From Naegleria gruberi (Eukaryota): a stretch of 64,000 nt of DNA. Below are positions 1 to 12,000 of the stretch, piece after piece. The translations under genes were made by a program, and so were the position numbers. Positions within the stretch are counted from its first letter, which is position 1. Every line of letters begins with the position of its first letter. The notes under the pieces are model-generated. The model was given only the letters and a program-made list of their open reading frames with translations. It did not search any database and was not told where the DNA came from. The stretch lies in the NCBI GenBank assembly GCA_000004985.1, contig GG738852.1; one strand, written 5' to 3'.

Positions 1-3000
1 NNNNNNNNNNNNNNNNNNNNNNNNNNNNNNNNNNNNNNNNNNNNNNNNNNNNNNNNNNNNNNNNNNNNNNNNNNNNNNNNNNNNNNNNNNNNNNNNNNNN
101 NNNNNNNNNNNNNNNNNNNNNNNNNNNNNNNNNNNNNNNNNNNNNNNNNNNNNNNNNNNNNNNNNNNNNNNNNNNNNNNNNNNNNNNNNNNNNNNNNNNN
201 NNNNNNNNNNNNNNNNNNNNNNNNNNNNNNNNNNNNNNNNNNNNNNNNNNNNNNNNNNNNNNNNNNNNNNNNNNNNNNNNNNNNNNNNNNNNNNNNNNNN
301 NNNNNNNNNNNNNNNNNNNNNNNNNNNNNNNNNNNNNNNNNNNNNNNNNNNNNNNNNNNNNNNNNNNNNNNNNNNNNNNNNNNNNNNNNNNNNNNNNNNN
401 NNNNNNNNNNNNNNNNNNNNNNNNNNNNNNNNNNNNNNNNNNNNNNNNNNNNNNNNNNNNNNNNNNNNNNNNNNNNNNNNNNNNNNNNNNNNNNNNNNNN
501 NNNNNNNNNNNNNNNNNNNNNNNNNNNNNNNNNNNNNNNNNNNNNNNNNNNNNNNNNNNNNNNNNNNNNNNNNNNNNNNNNNNNNNNNNNNNNNNNNNNN
601 NNNNNNNNNNNNNNNNNNNNNNNNNNNNNNNNNNNNNNNNNNNNNNNNNNNNNNNNNNNNNNNNNNNNNNNNNNNNNNNNNNNNNNNNNNNNNNNNNNNN
701 NNNNNNNNNNNNNNNNNNNNNNNNNNNNNNNNNNNNNNNNNNNNNNNNNNNNNNNNNNNNNNNNNNNNNNNNNNNNNNNNNNNNNNNNNNNNNNNNNNNN
801 NNNNNNNNNNNNNNNNNNNNNNNNNNNNNNNNNNNNNNNNNNNNNNNNNNNNNNNNNNNNNNNNNNNNNNNNNNNNNNNNNNNNNNNNNNNNNNNNNNNN
901 NNNNNNNNNNNNNNNNNNNNNNNNNNNNNNNNNNNNNNNNNNNNNNNNNNNNNNNNNNNNNNNNNNNNNNNNNNNNNNNNNNNNNNNNNNNNNNNNNNNN
1001 NNNNNNNNNNNNNNNNNNNNNNNNNNNNNNNNNNNNNNNNNNNNNNNNNNNNNNNNNNNNNNNNNNNNNNNNNNNNNNNNNNNNNNNNNNNNNNNNNNNN
1101 NNNNNNNNNNNNNNNNNNNNNNNNNNNNNNNNNNNNNNNNNNNNNNNNNNNNNNNNNNNNNNNNNNNNNNNNNNNNNNNNNNNNNNNNNNNNNNNNNNNN
1201 NNNNNNNNNNNNNNNNNNNNNNNNNNNNNNNNNNNNNNNNNNNNNNNNNNNNNNNNNNNNNNNNNNNNNNNNNNNNNNNNNNNNNNNNNNNNNNNNNNNN
1301 NNNNNNNNNNNNNNNNNNNNNNNNNNNNNNNNNNNNNNNNNNNNNNNNNNNNNNNNNNNNNNNNNNNNNNNNNNNNNNNNNNNNNNNNNNNNNNNNNNNN
1401 NNNNNNNNNNNNNNNNNNNNNNNNNNNNNNNNNNNNNNNNNNNNNNNNNNNNNNNNNNNNNNNNNNNNNNNNNNNNNNNNNNNNNNNNNNNNNNNNNNNN
1501 NNNNNNNNNNNNNNNNNNNNNNNNNNNNNNNNNNNNNNNNNNNNNNNNNNNNNNNNNNNNNNNNNNNNNNNNNNNNNNNNNNNNNNNNNNNNNNNNNNNN
1601 NNNNNNNNNNNNNNNNNNNNNNNNNNNNNNNNNNNNNNNNNNNNNNNNNNNNNNNNNNNNNNNNNNNNNNNNNNNNNNNNNNNNNNNNNNNNNNNNNNNN
1701 NNNNNNNNNNNNNNNNNNNNNNNNNNNNNNNNNNNNNNNNNNNNNNNNNNNNNNNNNNNNNNNNNNNNNNNNNNNNNNNNNNNNNNNNNNNNNNNNNNNN
1801 NNNNNNNNNNNNNNNNNNNNNNNNNNNNNNNNNNNNNNNNNNNNNNNNNNNNNNNNNNNNNNNNNNNNNNNNNNNNNNNNNNNNNNNNNNNNNNNNNNNN
1901 NNNNNNNNNNNNNNNNNNNNNNNNNNNNNNNNNNNNNNNNNNNNNNNNNNNNNNNNNNNNNNNNNNNNNNNNNNNNNNNNNNNNNNNNNNNNNNNNNNNN
2001 NNNNNNNNNNNNNNNNNNNNNNNNNNNNNNNNNNNNNNNNNNNNNNNNNNNNNNNNNNNNNNNNNNNNNNNNNNNNNNNNNNNNNNNNNNNNNNNNNNNN
2101 NNNNNNNNNNNNNNNNNNNNNNNNNNNNNNNNNNNNNNNNNNNNNNNNNNNNNNNNNNNNNNNNNNNNNNNNNNNNNNNNNNNNNNNNNNNNNNNNNNNN
2201 NNNNNNNNNNNNNNNNNNNNNNNNNNNNNNNNNNNNNNNNNNNNNNNNNNNNNNNNNNNNNNNNNNNNNNNNNNNNNNNNNNNNNNNNNNNNNNNNNNNN
2301 NNNNNNNNNNNNNNNNNNNNNNNNNNNNNNNNNNNNNNNNNNNNNNNNNNNNNNNNNNNNNNNNNNNNNNNNNNNNNNNNNNNNNNNNNNNNNNNNNNNN
2401 NNNNNNNNNNNNNNNNNNNNNNNNNNNNNNNNNNNNNNNNNNNNNNNNNNNNNNNNNNNNNNNNNNNNNNNNNNNNNNNNNNNNNNNNNNNNNNNNNNNN
2501 NNNNNNNNNNNNNNNNNNNNNNNNNNNNNNNNNNNNNNNNNNNNNNNNNNNNNNNNNNNNNNNNNNNNNNNNNNNNNNNNNNNNNNNNNNNNNNNNNNNN
2601 NNNNNNNNNNNNNNNNNNNNNNNNNNNNNNNNNNNNNNNNNNNNNNNNNNNNNNNNNNNNNNNNNNNNNNNNNNNNNNNNNNNNNNNNNNNNNNNNNNNN
2701 NNNNNNNNNNNNNNNNNNNNNNNNNNNNNNNNNNNNNNNNNNNNNNNNNNNNNNNNNNNNNNNNNNNNNNNNNNNNNNNNNNNNNNNNNNNNNNNNNNNN
2801 NNNNNNNNNNNNNNNNNNNNNNNNNNNNNNNNNNNNNNNNNNNNNNNNNNNNNNNNNNNNNNNNNNNNNNNNNNNNNNNNNNNNNNNNNNNNNNNNNNNN
2901 NNNNNNNNNNNNNNNNNNNNNNNNNNNNNNNNNNNNNNNNNNNNNNNNNNNNNNNNNNNNNNNNNNNNNNNNNNNNNNNNNNNNNNNNNNNNNNNNNNNN

Positions 3001-6000
3001 NNNNNNNNNNNNNNNNNNNNNNNNNNNNNNNNNNNNNNNNNNNNNNNNNNNNNNNNNNNNNNNNNNNNNNNNNNNNNNNNNNNNNNNNNNNNNNNNNNNN
3101 NNNNNNNNNNNNNNNNNNNNNNNNNNNNNNNNNNNNNNNNNNNNNNNNNNNNNNNNNNNNNNNNNNNNNNNNNNNNNNNNNNNNNNNNNNNNNNNNNNNN
3201 NNNNNNNNNNNNNNNNNNNNNNNNNNNNNNNNNNNNNNNNNNNNNNNNNNNNNNNNNNNNNNNNNNNNNNNNNNNNNNNNNNNNNNNNNNNNNNNNNNNN
3301 NNNNNNNNNNNNNNNNNNNNNNNNNNNNNNNNNNNNNNNNNNNNNNNNNNNNNNNNNNNNNNNNNNNNNNNNNNNNNNNNNNNNNNNNNNNNNNNNNNNN
3401 NNNNNNNNNNNNNNNNNNNNNNNNNNNNNNNNNNNNNNNNNNNNNNNNNNNNNNNNNNNNNNNNNNNNNNNNNNNNNNNNNNNNNNNNNNNNNNNNNNNN
3501 NNNNNNNNNNNNNNNNNNNNNNNNNNNNNNNNNNNNNNNNNNNNNNNNNNNNNNNNNNNNNNNNNNNNNNNNNNNNNNNNNNNNNNNNNNNNNNNNNNNN
3601 NNNNNNNNNNNNNNNNNNNNNNNNNNNNNNNNNNNNNNNNNNNNNNNNNNNNNNNNNNNNNNNNNNNNNNNNNNNNNNNNNNNNNNNNNNNNNNNNNNNN
3701 NNNNNNNNNNNNNNNNNNNNNNNNNNNNNNNNNNNNNNNNNNNNNNNNNNNNNNNNNNNNNNNNNNNNNNNNNNNNNNNNNNNNNNNNNNNNNNNNNNNN
3801 NNNNNNNNNNNNNNNNNNNNNNNNNNNNNNNNNNNNNNNNNNNNNNNNNNNNNNNNNNNNNNNNNNNNNNNNNNNNNNNNNNNNNNNNNNNNNNNNNNNN
3901 NNNNNNNNNNNNNNNNNNNNNNNNNNNNNNNNNNNNNNNNNNNNNNNNNNNNNNNNNNNNNNNNNNNNNNNNNNNNNNNNNNNNNNNNNNNNNNNNNNNN
4001 NNNNNNNNNNNNNNNNNNNNNNNNNNNNNNNNNNNNNNNNNNNNNNNNNNNNNNNNNNNNNNNNNNNNNNNNNNNNNNNNNNNNNNNNNNNNNNNNNNNN
4101 NNNNNNNNNNNNNNNNNNNNNNNNNNNNNNNNNNNNNNNNNNNNNNNNNNNNNNNNNNNNNNNNNNNNNNNNNNNNNNNNNNNNNNNNNNNNNNNNNNNN
4201 NNNNNNNNNNNNNNNNNNNNNNNNNNNNNNNNNNNNNNNNNNNNNNNNNNNNNNNNNNNNNNNNNNNNNNNNNNNNNNNNNNNNNNNNNNNNNNNNNNNN
4301 NNNNNNNNNNNNNNNNNNNNNNNNNNNNNNNNNNNNNNNNNNNNNNNNNNNNNNNNNNNNNNNNNNNNNNNNNNNNNNNNNNNNNNNNNNNNNNNNNNNN
4401 NNNNNNNNNNNNNNNNNNNNNNNNNNNNNNNNNNNNNNNNNNNNNNNNNNNNNNNNNNNNNNNNNNNNNNNNNNNNNNNNNNNNNNNNNNNNNNNNNNNN
4501 NNNNNNNNNNNNNNNNNNNNNNNNNNNNNNNNNNNNNNNNNNNNNNNNNNNNNNNNNNNNNNNNNNNNNNNNNNNNNNNNNNNNNNNNNNNNNNNNNNNN
4601 NNNNNNNNNNNNNNNNNNNNNNNNNNNNNNNNNNNNNNNNNNNNNNNNNNNNNNNNNNNNNNNNNNNNNNNNNNNNNNNNNNNNNNNNNNNNNNNNNNNN
4701 NNNNNNNNNNNNNNNNNNNNNNNNNNNNNNNNNNNNNNNNNNNNNNNNNNNNNNNNNNNNNNNNNNNNNNNNNNNNNNNNNNNNNNNNNNNNNNNNNNNN
4801 NNNNNNNNNNNNNNNNNNNNNNNNNNNNNNNNNNNNNNNNNNNNNNNNNNNNNNNNNNNNNNNNNNNNNNNNNNNNNNNNNNNNNNNNNNNNNNNNNNNN
4901 NNNNNNNNNNNNNNNNNNNNNNNNNNNNNNNNNNNNNNNNNNNNNNNNNNNNNNNNNNNNNNNNNNNNNNNNNNNNNNNNNNNNNNNNNNNNNNNNNNNN
5001 NNNNNNNNNNNNNNNNNNNNNNNNNNNNNNNNNNNNNNNNNNNNNNNNNNNNNNNNNNNNNNNNNNNNNNNNNNNNNNNNNNNNNNNNNNNNNNNNNNNN
5101 NNNNNNNNNNNNNNNNNNNNNNNNNNNNNNNNNNNNNNNNNNNNNNNNNNNNNNNNNNNNNNNNNNNNNNNNNNNNNNNNNNNNNNNNNNNNNNNNNNNN
5201 NNNNNNNNNNNNNNNNNNNNNNNNNNNNNNNNNNNNNNNNNNNNNNNNNNNNNNNNNNNNNNNNNNNNNNNNNNNNNNNNNNNNNNNNNNNNNNNNNNNN
5301 NNNNNNNNNNNNNNNNNNNNNNNNNNNNNNNNNNNNNNNNNNNNNNNNNNNNNNNNNNNNNNNNNNNNNNNNNNNNNNNNNNNNNNNNNNNNNNNNNNNN
5401 NNNNNNNNNNNNNNNNNNNNNNNNNNNNNNNNNNNNNNNNNNNNNNNNNNNNNNNNNNNNNNNNNNNNNNNNNNNNNNNNNNNNNNNNNNNNNNNNNNNN
5501 NNNNNNNNNNNNNNNNNNNNNNNNNNNNNNNNNNNNNNNNNNNNNNNNNNNNNNNNNNNNNNNNNNNNNNNNNNNNNNNNNNNNNNNNNNNNNNNNNNNN
5601 NNNNNNNNNNNNNNNNNNNNNNNNNNNNNNNNNNNNNNNNNNNNNNNNNNNNNNNNNNNNNNNNNNNNNNNNNNNNNNNNNNNNNNNNNNNNNNNNNNNN
5701 NNNNNNNNNNNNNNNNNNNNNNNNNNNNNNNNNNNNNNNNNNNNNNNNNNNNNNNNNNNNNNNNNNNNNNNNNNNNNNNNNNNNNNNNNNNNNNNNNNNN
5801 NNNNNNNNNNNNNNNNNNNNNNNNNNNNNNNNNNNNNNNNNNNNNNNNNNNNNNNNNNNNNNNNNNNNNNNNNNNNNNNNNNNNNNNNNNNNNNNNNNNN
5901 NNNNNNNNNNNNNNNNNNNNNNNNNNNNNNNNNNNNNNNNNNNNNNNNNNNNNNNNNNNNNNNNNNNNNNNNNNNNNNNNNNNNNNNNNNNNNNNNNNNN

Positions 6001-9000
6001 NNNNNNNNNNNNNNNNNNNNNNNNNNNNNNNNNNNNNNNNNNNNNNNNNNNNNNNNNNNNNNNNNNNNNNNNNNNNNNNNNNNNNNNNNNNNNNNNNNNN
6101 NNNNNNNNNNNNNNNNNNNNNNNNNNNNNNNNNNNNNNNNNNNNNNNNNNNNNNNNNNNNNNNNNNNNNNNNNNNNNNNNNNNNNNNNNNNNNNNNNNNN
6201 NNNNNNNNNNNNNNNNNNNNNNNNNNNNNNNNNNNNNNNNNNNNNNNNNNNNNNNNNNNNNNNNNNNNNNNNNNNNNNNNNNNNNNNNNNNNNNNNNNNN
6301 NNNNNNNNNNNNNNNNNNNNNNNNNNNNNNNNNNNNNNNNNNNNNNNNNNNNNNNNNNNNNNNNNNNNNNNNNNNNNNNNNNNNNNNNNNNNNNNNNNNN
6401 NNNNNNNNNNNNNNNNNNNNNNNNNNNNNNNNNNNNNNNNNNNNNNNNNNNNNNNNNNNNNNNNNNNNNNNNNNNNNNNNNNNNNNNNNNNNNNNNNNNN
6501 NNNNNNNNNNNNNNNNNNNNNNNNNNNNNNNNNNNNNNNNNNNNNNNNNNNNNNNNNNNNNNNNNNNNNNNNNNNNNNNNNNNNNNNNNNNNNNNNNNNN
6601 NNNNNNNNNNNNNNNNNNNNNNNNNNNNNNNNNNNNNNNNNNNNNNNNNNNNNNNNNNNNNNNNNNNNNNNNNNNNNNNNNNNNNNNNNNNNNNNNNNNN
6701 NNNNNNNNNNNNNNNNNNNNNNNNNNNNNNNNNNNNNNNNNNNNNNNNNNNNNNNNNNNNNNNNNNNNNNNNNNNNNNNNNNNNNNNNNNNNNNNNNNNN
6801 NNNNNNNNNNNNNNNNNNNNNNNNNNNNNNNNNNNNNNNNNNNNNNNNNNNNNNNNNNNNNNNNNNNNNNNNNNNNNNNNNNNNNNNNNNNNNNNNNNNN
6901 NNNNNNNNNNNNNNNNNNNNNNNNNNNNNNNNNNNNNNNNNNNNNNNNNNNNNNNNNNNNNNNNNNNNNNNNNNNNNNNNNNNNNNNNNNNNNNNNNNNN
7001 NNNNNNNNNNNNNNNNNNNNNNNNNNNNNNNNNNNNNNNNNNNNNNNNNNNNNNNNNNNNNNNNNNNNNNNNNNNNNNNNNNNNNNNNNNNNNNNNNNNN
7101 NNNNNNNNNNNNNNNNNNNNNNNNNNNNNNNNNNNNNNNNNNNNNNNNNNNNNNNNNNNNNNNNNNNNNNNNNNNNNNNNNNNNNNNNNNNNNNNNNNNN
7201 NNNNNNNNNNNNNNNNNNNNNNNNNNNNNNNNNNNNNNNNNNNNNNNNNNNNNNNNNNNNNNNNNNNNNNNNNNNNNNNNNNNNNNNNNNNNNNNNNNNN
7301 NNNNNNNNNNNNNNNNNNNNNNNNNNNNNNNNNNNNNNNNNNNNNNNNNNNNNNNNNNNNNNNNNNNNNNNNNNNNNNNNNNNNNNNNNNNNNNNNNNNN
7401 NNNNNNNNNNNNNNNNNNNNNNNNNNNNNNNNNNNNNNNNNNNNNNNNNNNNNNNNNNNNNNNNNNNNNNNNNNNNNNNNNNNNNNNNNNNNNNNNNNNN
7501 NNNNNNNNNNNNNNNNNNNNNNNNNNNNNNNNNNNNNNNNNNNNNNNNNNNNNNNNNNNNNNNNNNNNNNNNNNNNNNNNNNNNNNNNNNNNNNNNNNNN
7601 NNNNNNNNNNNNNNNNNNNNNNNNNNNNNNNNNNNNNNNNNNNNNNNNNNNNNNNNNNNNNNNNNNNNNNNNNNNNNNNNNNNNNNNNNNNNNNNNNNNN
7701 NNNNNNNNNNNNNNNNNNNNNNNNNNNNNNNNNNNNNNNNNNNNNNNNNNNNNNNNNNNNNNNNNNNNNNNNNNNNNNNNNNNNNNNNNNNNNNNNNNNN
7801 NNNNNNNNNNNNNNNNNNNNNNNNNNNNNNNNNNNNNNNNNNNNNNNNNNNNNNNNNNNNNNNNNNNNNNNNNNNNNNNNNNNNNNNNNNNNNNNNNNNN
7901 NNNNNNNNNNNNNNNNNNNNNNNNNNNNNNNNNNNNNNNNNNNNNNNNNNNNNNNNNNNNNNNNNNNNNNNNNNNNNNNNNNNNNNNNNNNNNNNNNNNN
8001 NNNNNNNNNNNNNNNNNNNNNNNNNNNNNNNNNNNNNNNNNNNNNNNNNNNNNNNNNNNNNNNNNNNNNNNNNNNNNNNNNNNNNNNNNNNNNNNNNNNN
8101 NNNNNNNNNNNNNNNNNNNNNNNNNNNNNNNNNNNNNNNNNNNNNNNNNNNNNNNNNNNNNNNNNNNNNNNNNNNNNNNNNNNNNNNNNNNNNNNNNNNN
8201 NNNNNNNNNNNNNNNNNNNNNNNNNNNNNNNNNNNNNNNNNNNNNNNNNNNNNNNNNNNNNNNNNNNNNNNNNNNNNNNNNNNNNNNNNNNNNNNNNNNN
8301 NNNNNNNNNNNNNNNNNNNNNNNNNNNNNNNNNNNNNNNNNNNNNNNNNNNNNNNNNNNNNNNNNNNNNNNNNNNNNNNNNNNNNNNNNNNNNNNNNNNN
8401 NNNNNNNNNNNNNNNNNNNNNNNNNNNNNNNNNNNNNNNNNNNNNNNNNNNNNNNNNNNNNNNNNNNNNNNNNNNNNNNNNNNNNNNNNNNNNNNNNNNN
8501 NNNNNNNNNNNNNNNNNNNNNNNNNNNNNNNNNNNNNNNNNNNNNNNNNNNNNNNNNNNNNNNNNNNNNNNNNNNNNNNNNNNNNNNNNNNNNNNNNNNN
8601 NNNNNNNNNNNNNNNNNNNNNNNNNNNNNNNNNNNNNNNNNNNNNNNNNNNNNNNNNNNNNNNNNNNNNNNNNNNNNNNNNNNNNNNNNNNNNNNNNNNN
8701 NNNNNNNNNNNNNNNNNNNNNNNNNNNNNNNNNNNNNNNNNNNNNNNNNNNNNNNNNNNNNNNNNNNNNNNNNNNNNNNNNNNNNNNNNNNNNNNNNNNN
8801 NNNNNNNNNNNNNNNNNNNNNNNNNNNNNNNNNNNNNNNNNNNNNNNNNNNNNNNNNNNNNNNNNNNNNNNNNNNNNNNNNNNNNNNNNNNNNNNNNNNN
8901 NNNNNNNNNNNNNNNNNNNNNNNNNNNNNNNNNNNNNNNNNNNNNNNNNNNNNNNNNNNNNNNNNNNNNNNNNNNNNNNNNNNNNNNNNNNNNNNNNNNN

Positions 9001-12000
9001 NNNNNNNNNNNNNNNNNNNNNNNNNNNNNNNNNNNNNNNNNNNNNNNNNNNNNNNNNNNNNNNNNNNNNNNNNNNNNNNNNNNNNNNNNNNNNNNNNNNN
9101 NNNNNNNNNNNNNNNNNNNNNNNNNNNNNNNNNNNNNNNNNNNNNNNNNNNNNNNNNNNNNNNNNNNNNNNNNNNNNNNNNNNNNNNNNNNNNNNNNNNN
9201 NNNNNNNNNNNNNNNNNNNNNNNNNNNNNNNNNNNNNNNNNNNNNNNNNNNNNNNNNNNNNNNNNNNNNNNNNNNNNNNNNNNNNNNNNNNNNNNNNNNN
9301 NNNNNNNNNNNNNNNNNNNNNNNNNNNNNNNNNNNNNNNNNNNNNNNNNNNNNNNNNNNNNNNNNNNNNNNNNNNNNNNNNNNNNNNNNNNNNNNNNNNN
9401 NNNNNNNNNNNNNNNNNNNNNNNNNNNNNNNNNNNNNNNNNNNNNNNNNNNNNNNNNNNNNNNNNNNNNNNNNNNNNNNNNNNNNNNNNNNNNNNNNNNN
9501 NNNNNNNNNNNNNNNNNNNNNNNNNNNNNNNNNNNNNNNNNNNNNNNNNNNNNNNNNNNNNNNNNNNNNNNNNNNNNNNNNNNNNNNNNNNNNNNNNNNN
9601 NNNNNNNNNNNNNNNNNNNNNNNNNNNNNNNNNNNNNNNNNNNNNNNNNNNNNNNNNNNNNNNNNNNNNNNNNNNNNNNNNNNNNNNNNNNNNNNNNNNN
9701 NNNNNNNNNNNNNNNNNNNNNNNNNNNNNNNNNNNNNNNNNNNNNNNNNNNNNNNNNNNNNNNNNNNNNNNNNNNNNNNNNNNNNNNNNNNNNNNNNNNN
9801 NNNNNNNNNNNNNNNNNNNNNNNNNNNNNNNNNNNNNNNNNNNNNNNNNNNNNNNNNNNNNNNNNNNNNNNNNNNNNNNNNNNNNNNNNNNNNNNNNNNN
9901 NNNNNNNNNNNNNNNNNNNNNNNNNNNNNNNNNNNNNNNNNNNNNNNNNNNNNNNNNNNNNNNNNNNNNNNNNNNNNNNNNNNNNNNNNNNNNNNNNNNN
10001 NNNNNNNNNNNNNNNNNNNNNNNNNNNNNNNNNNNNNNNNNNNNNNNNNNNNNNNNNNNNNNNNNNNNNNNNNNNNNNNNNNNNNNNNNNNNNNNNNNNN
10101 NNNNNNNNNNNNNNNNNNNNNNNNNNNNNNNNNNNNNNNNNNNNNNNNNNNNNNNNNNNNNNNNNNNNNNNNNNNNNNNNNNNNNNNNNNNNNNNNNNNN
10201 NNNNNNNNNNNNNNNNNNNNNNNNNNNNNNNNNNNNNNNNNNNNNNNNNNNNNNNNNNNNNNNNNNNNNNNNNNNNNNNNNNNNNNNNNNNNNNNNNNNN
10301 NNNNNNNNNNNNNNNNNNNNNNNNNNNNNNNNNNNNNNNNNNNNNNNNNNNNNNNNNNNNNNNNNNNNNNNNNNNNNNNNNNNNNNNNNNNNNNNNNNNN
10401 NNNNNNNNNNNNNNNNNNNNNNNNNNNNNNNNNNNNNNNNNNNNNNNNNNNNNNNNNNNNNNNNNNNNNNNNNNNNNNNNNNNNNNNNNNNNNNNNNNNN
10501 NNNNNNNNNNNNNNNNNNNNNNNNNNNNNNNNNNNNNNNNNNNNNNNNNNNNNNNNNNNNNNNNNNNNNNNNNNNNNNNNNNNNNNNNNNNNNNNNNNNN
10601 NNNNNNNNNNNNNNNNNNNNNNNNNNNNNNNNNNNNNNNNNNNNNNNNNNNNNNNNNNNNNNNNNNNNNNNNNNNNNNNNNNNNNNNNNNNNNNNNNNNN
10701 NNNNNNNNNNNNNNNNNNNNNNNNNNNNNNNNNNNNNNNNNNNNNNNNNNNNNNNNNNNNNNNNNNNNNNNNNNNNNNNNNNNNNNNNNNNNNNNNNNNN
10801 NNNNNNNNNNNNNNNNNNNNNNNNNNNNNNNNNNNNNNNNNNNNNNNNNNNNNNNNNNNNNNNNNNNNNNNNNNNNNNNNNNNNNNNNNNNNNNNNNNNN
10901 NNNNNNNNNNNNNNNNNNNNNNNNNNNNNNNNNNNNNNNNNNNNNNNNNNNNNNNNNNNNNNNNNNNNNNNNNNNNNNNNNNNNNNNNNNNNNNNNNNNN
11001 NNNNNNNNNNNNNNNNNNNNNNNNNNNNNNNNNNNNNNNNNNNNNNNNNNNNNNNNNNNNNNNNNNNNNNNNNNNNNNNNNNNNNNNNNNNNNNNNNNNN
11101 NNNNNNNNNNNNNNNNNNNNNNNNNNNNNNNNNNNNNNNNNNNNNNNNNNNNNNNNNNNNNNNNNNNNNNNNNNNNNNNNNNNNNNNNNNNNNNNNNNNN
11201 NNNNNNNNNNNNNNNNNNNNNNNNNNNNNNNNNNNNNNNNNNNNNNNNNNNNNNNNNNNNNNNNNNNNNNNNNNNNNNNNNNNNNNNNNNNNNNNNNNNN
11301 NNNNNNNNNNNNNNNNNNNNNNNNNNNNNNNNNNNNNNNNNNNNNNNNNNNNNNNNNNNNNNNNNNNNNNNNNNNNNNNNNNNNNNNNNNNNNNNNNNNN
11401 NNNNNNNNNNNNNNNNNNNNNNNNNNNNNNNNNNNNNNNNNNNNNNNNNNNNNNNNNNNNNNNNNNNNNNNNNNNNNNNNNNNNNNNNNNNNNNNNNNNN
11501 NNNNNNNNNNNNNNNNNNNNNNNNNNNNNNNNNNNNNNNNNNNNNNNNNNNNNNNNNNNNNNNNNNNNNNNNNNNNNNNNNNNNNNNNNNNNNNNNNNNN
11601 NNNNNNNNNNNNNNNNNNNNNNNNNNNNNNNNNNNNNNNNNNNNNNNNNNNNNNNNNNNNNNNNNNNNNNNNNNNNNNNNNNNNNNNNNNNNNNNNNNNN
11701 NNNNNNNNNNNNNNNNNNNNNNNNNNNNNNNNNNNNNNNNNNNNNNNNNNNNNNNNNNNNNNNNNNNNNNNNNNNNNNNNNNNNNNNNNNNNNNNNNNNN
11801 NNNNNNNNNNNNNNNNNNNNNNNNNNNNNNNNNNNNNNNNNNNNNNNNNNNNNNNNNNNNNNNNNNNNNNNNNNNNNNNNNNNNNNNNNNNNNNNNNNNN
11901 NNNNNNNNNNNNNNNNNNNNNNNNNNNNNNNNNNNNNNNNNNNNNNNNNNNNNNNNNNNNNNNNNNNNNNNNNNNNNNNNNNNNNNNNNNNNNNNNNNNN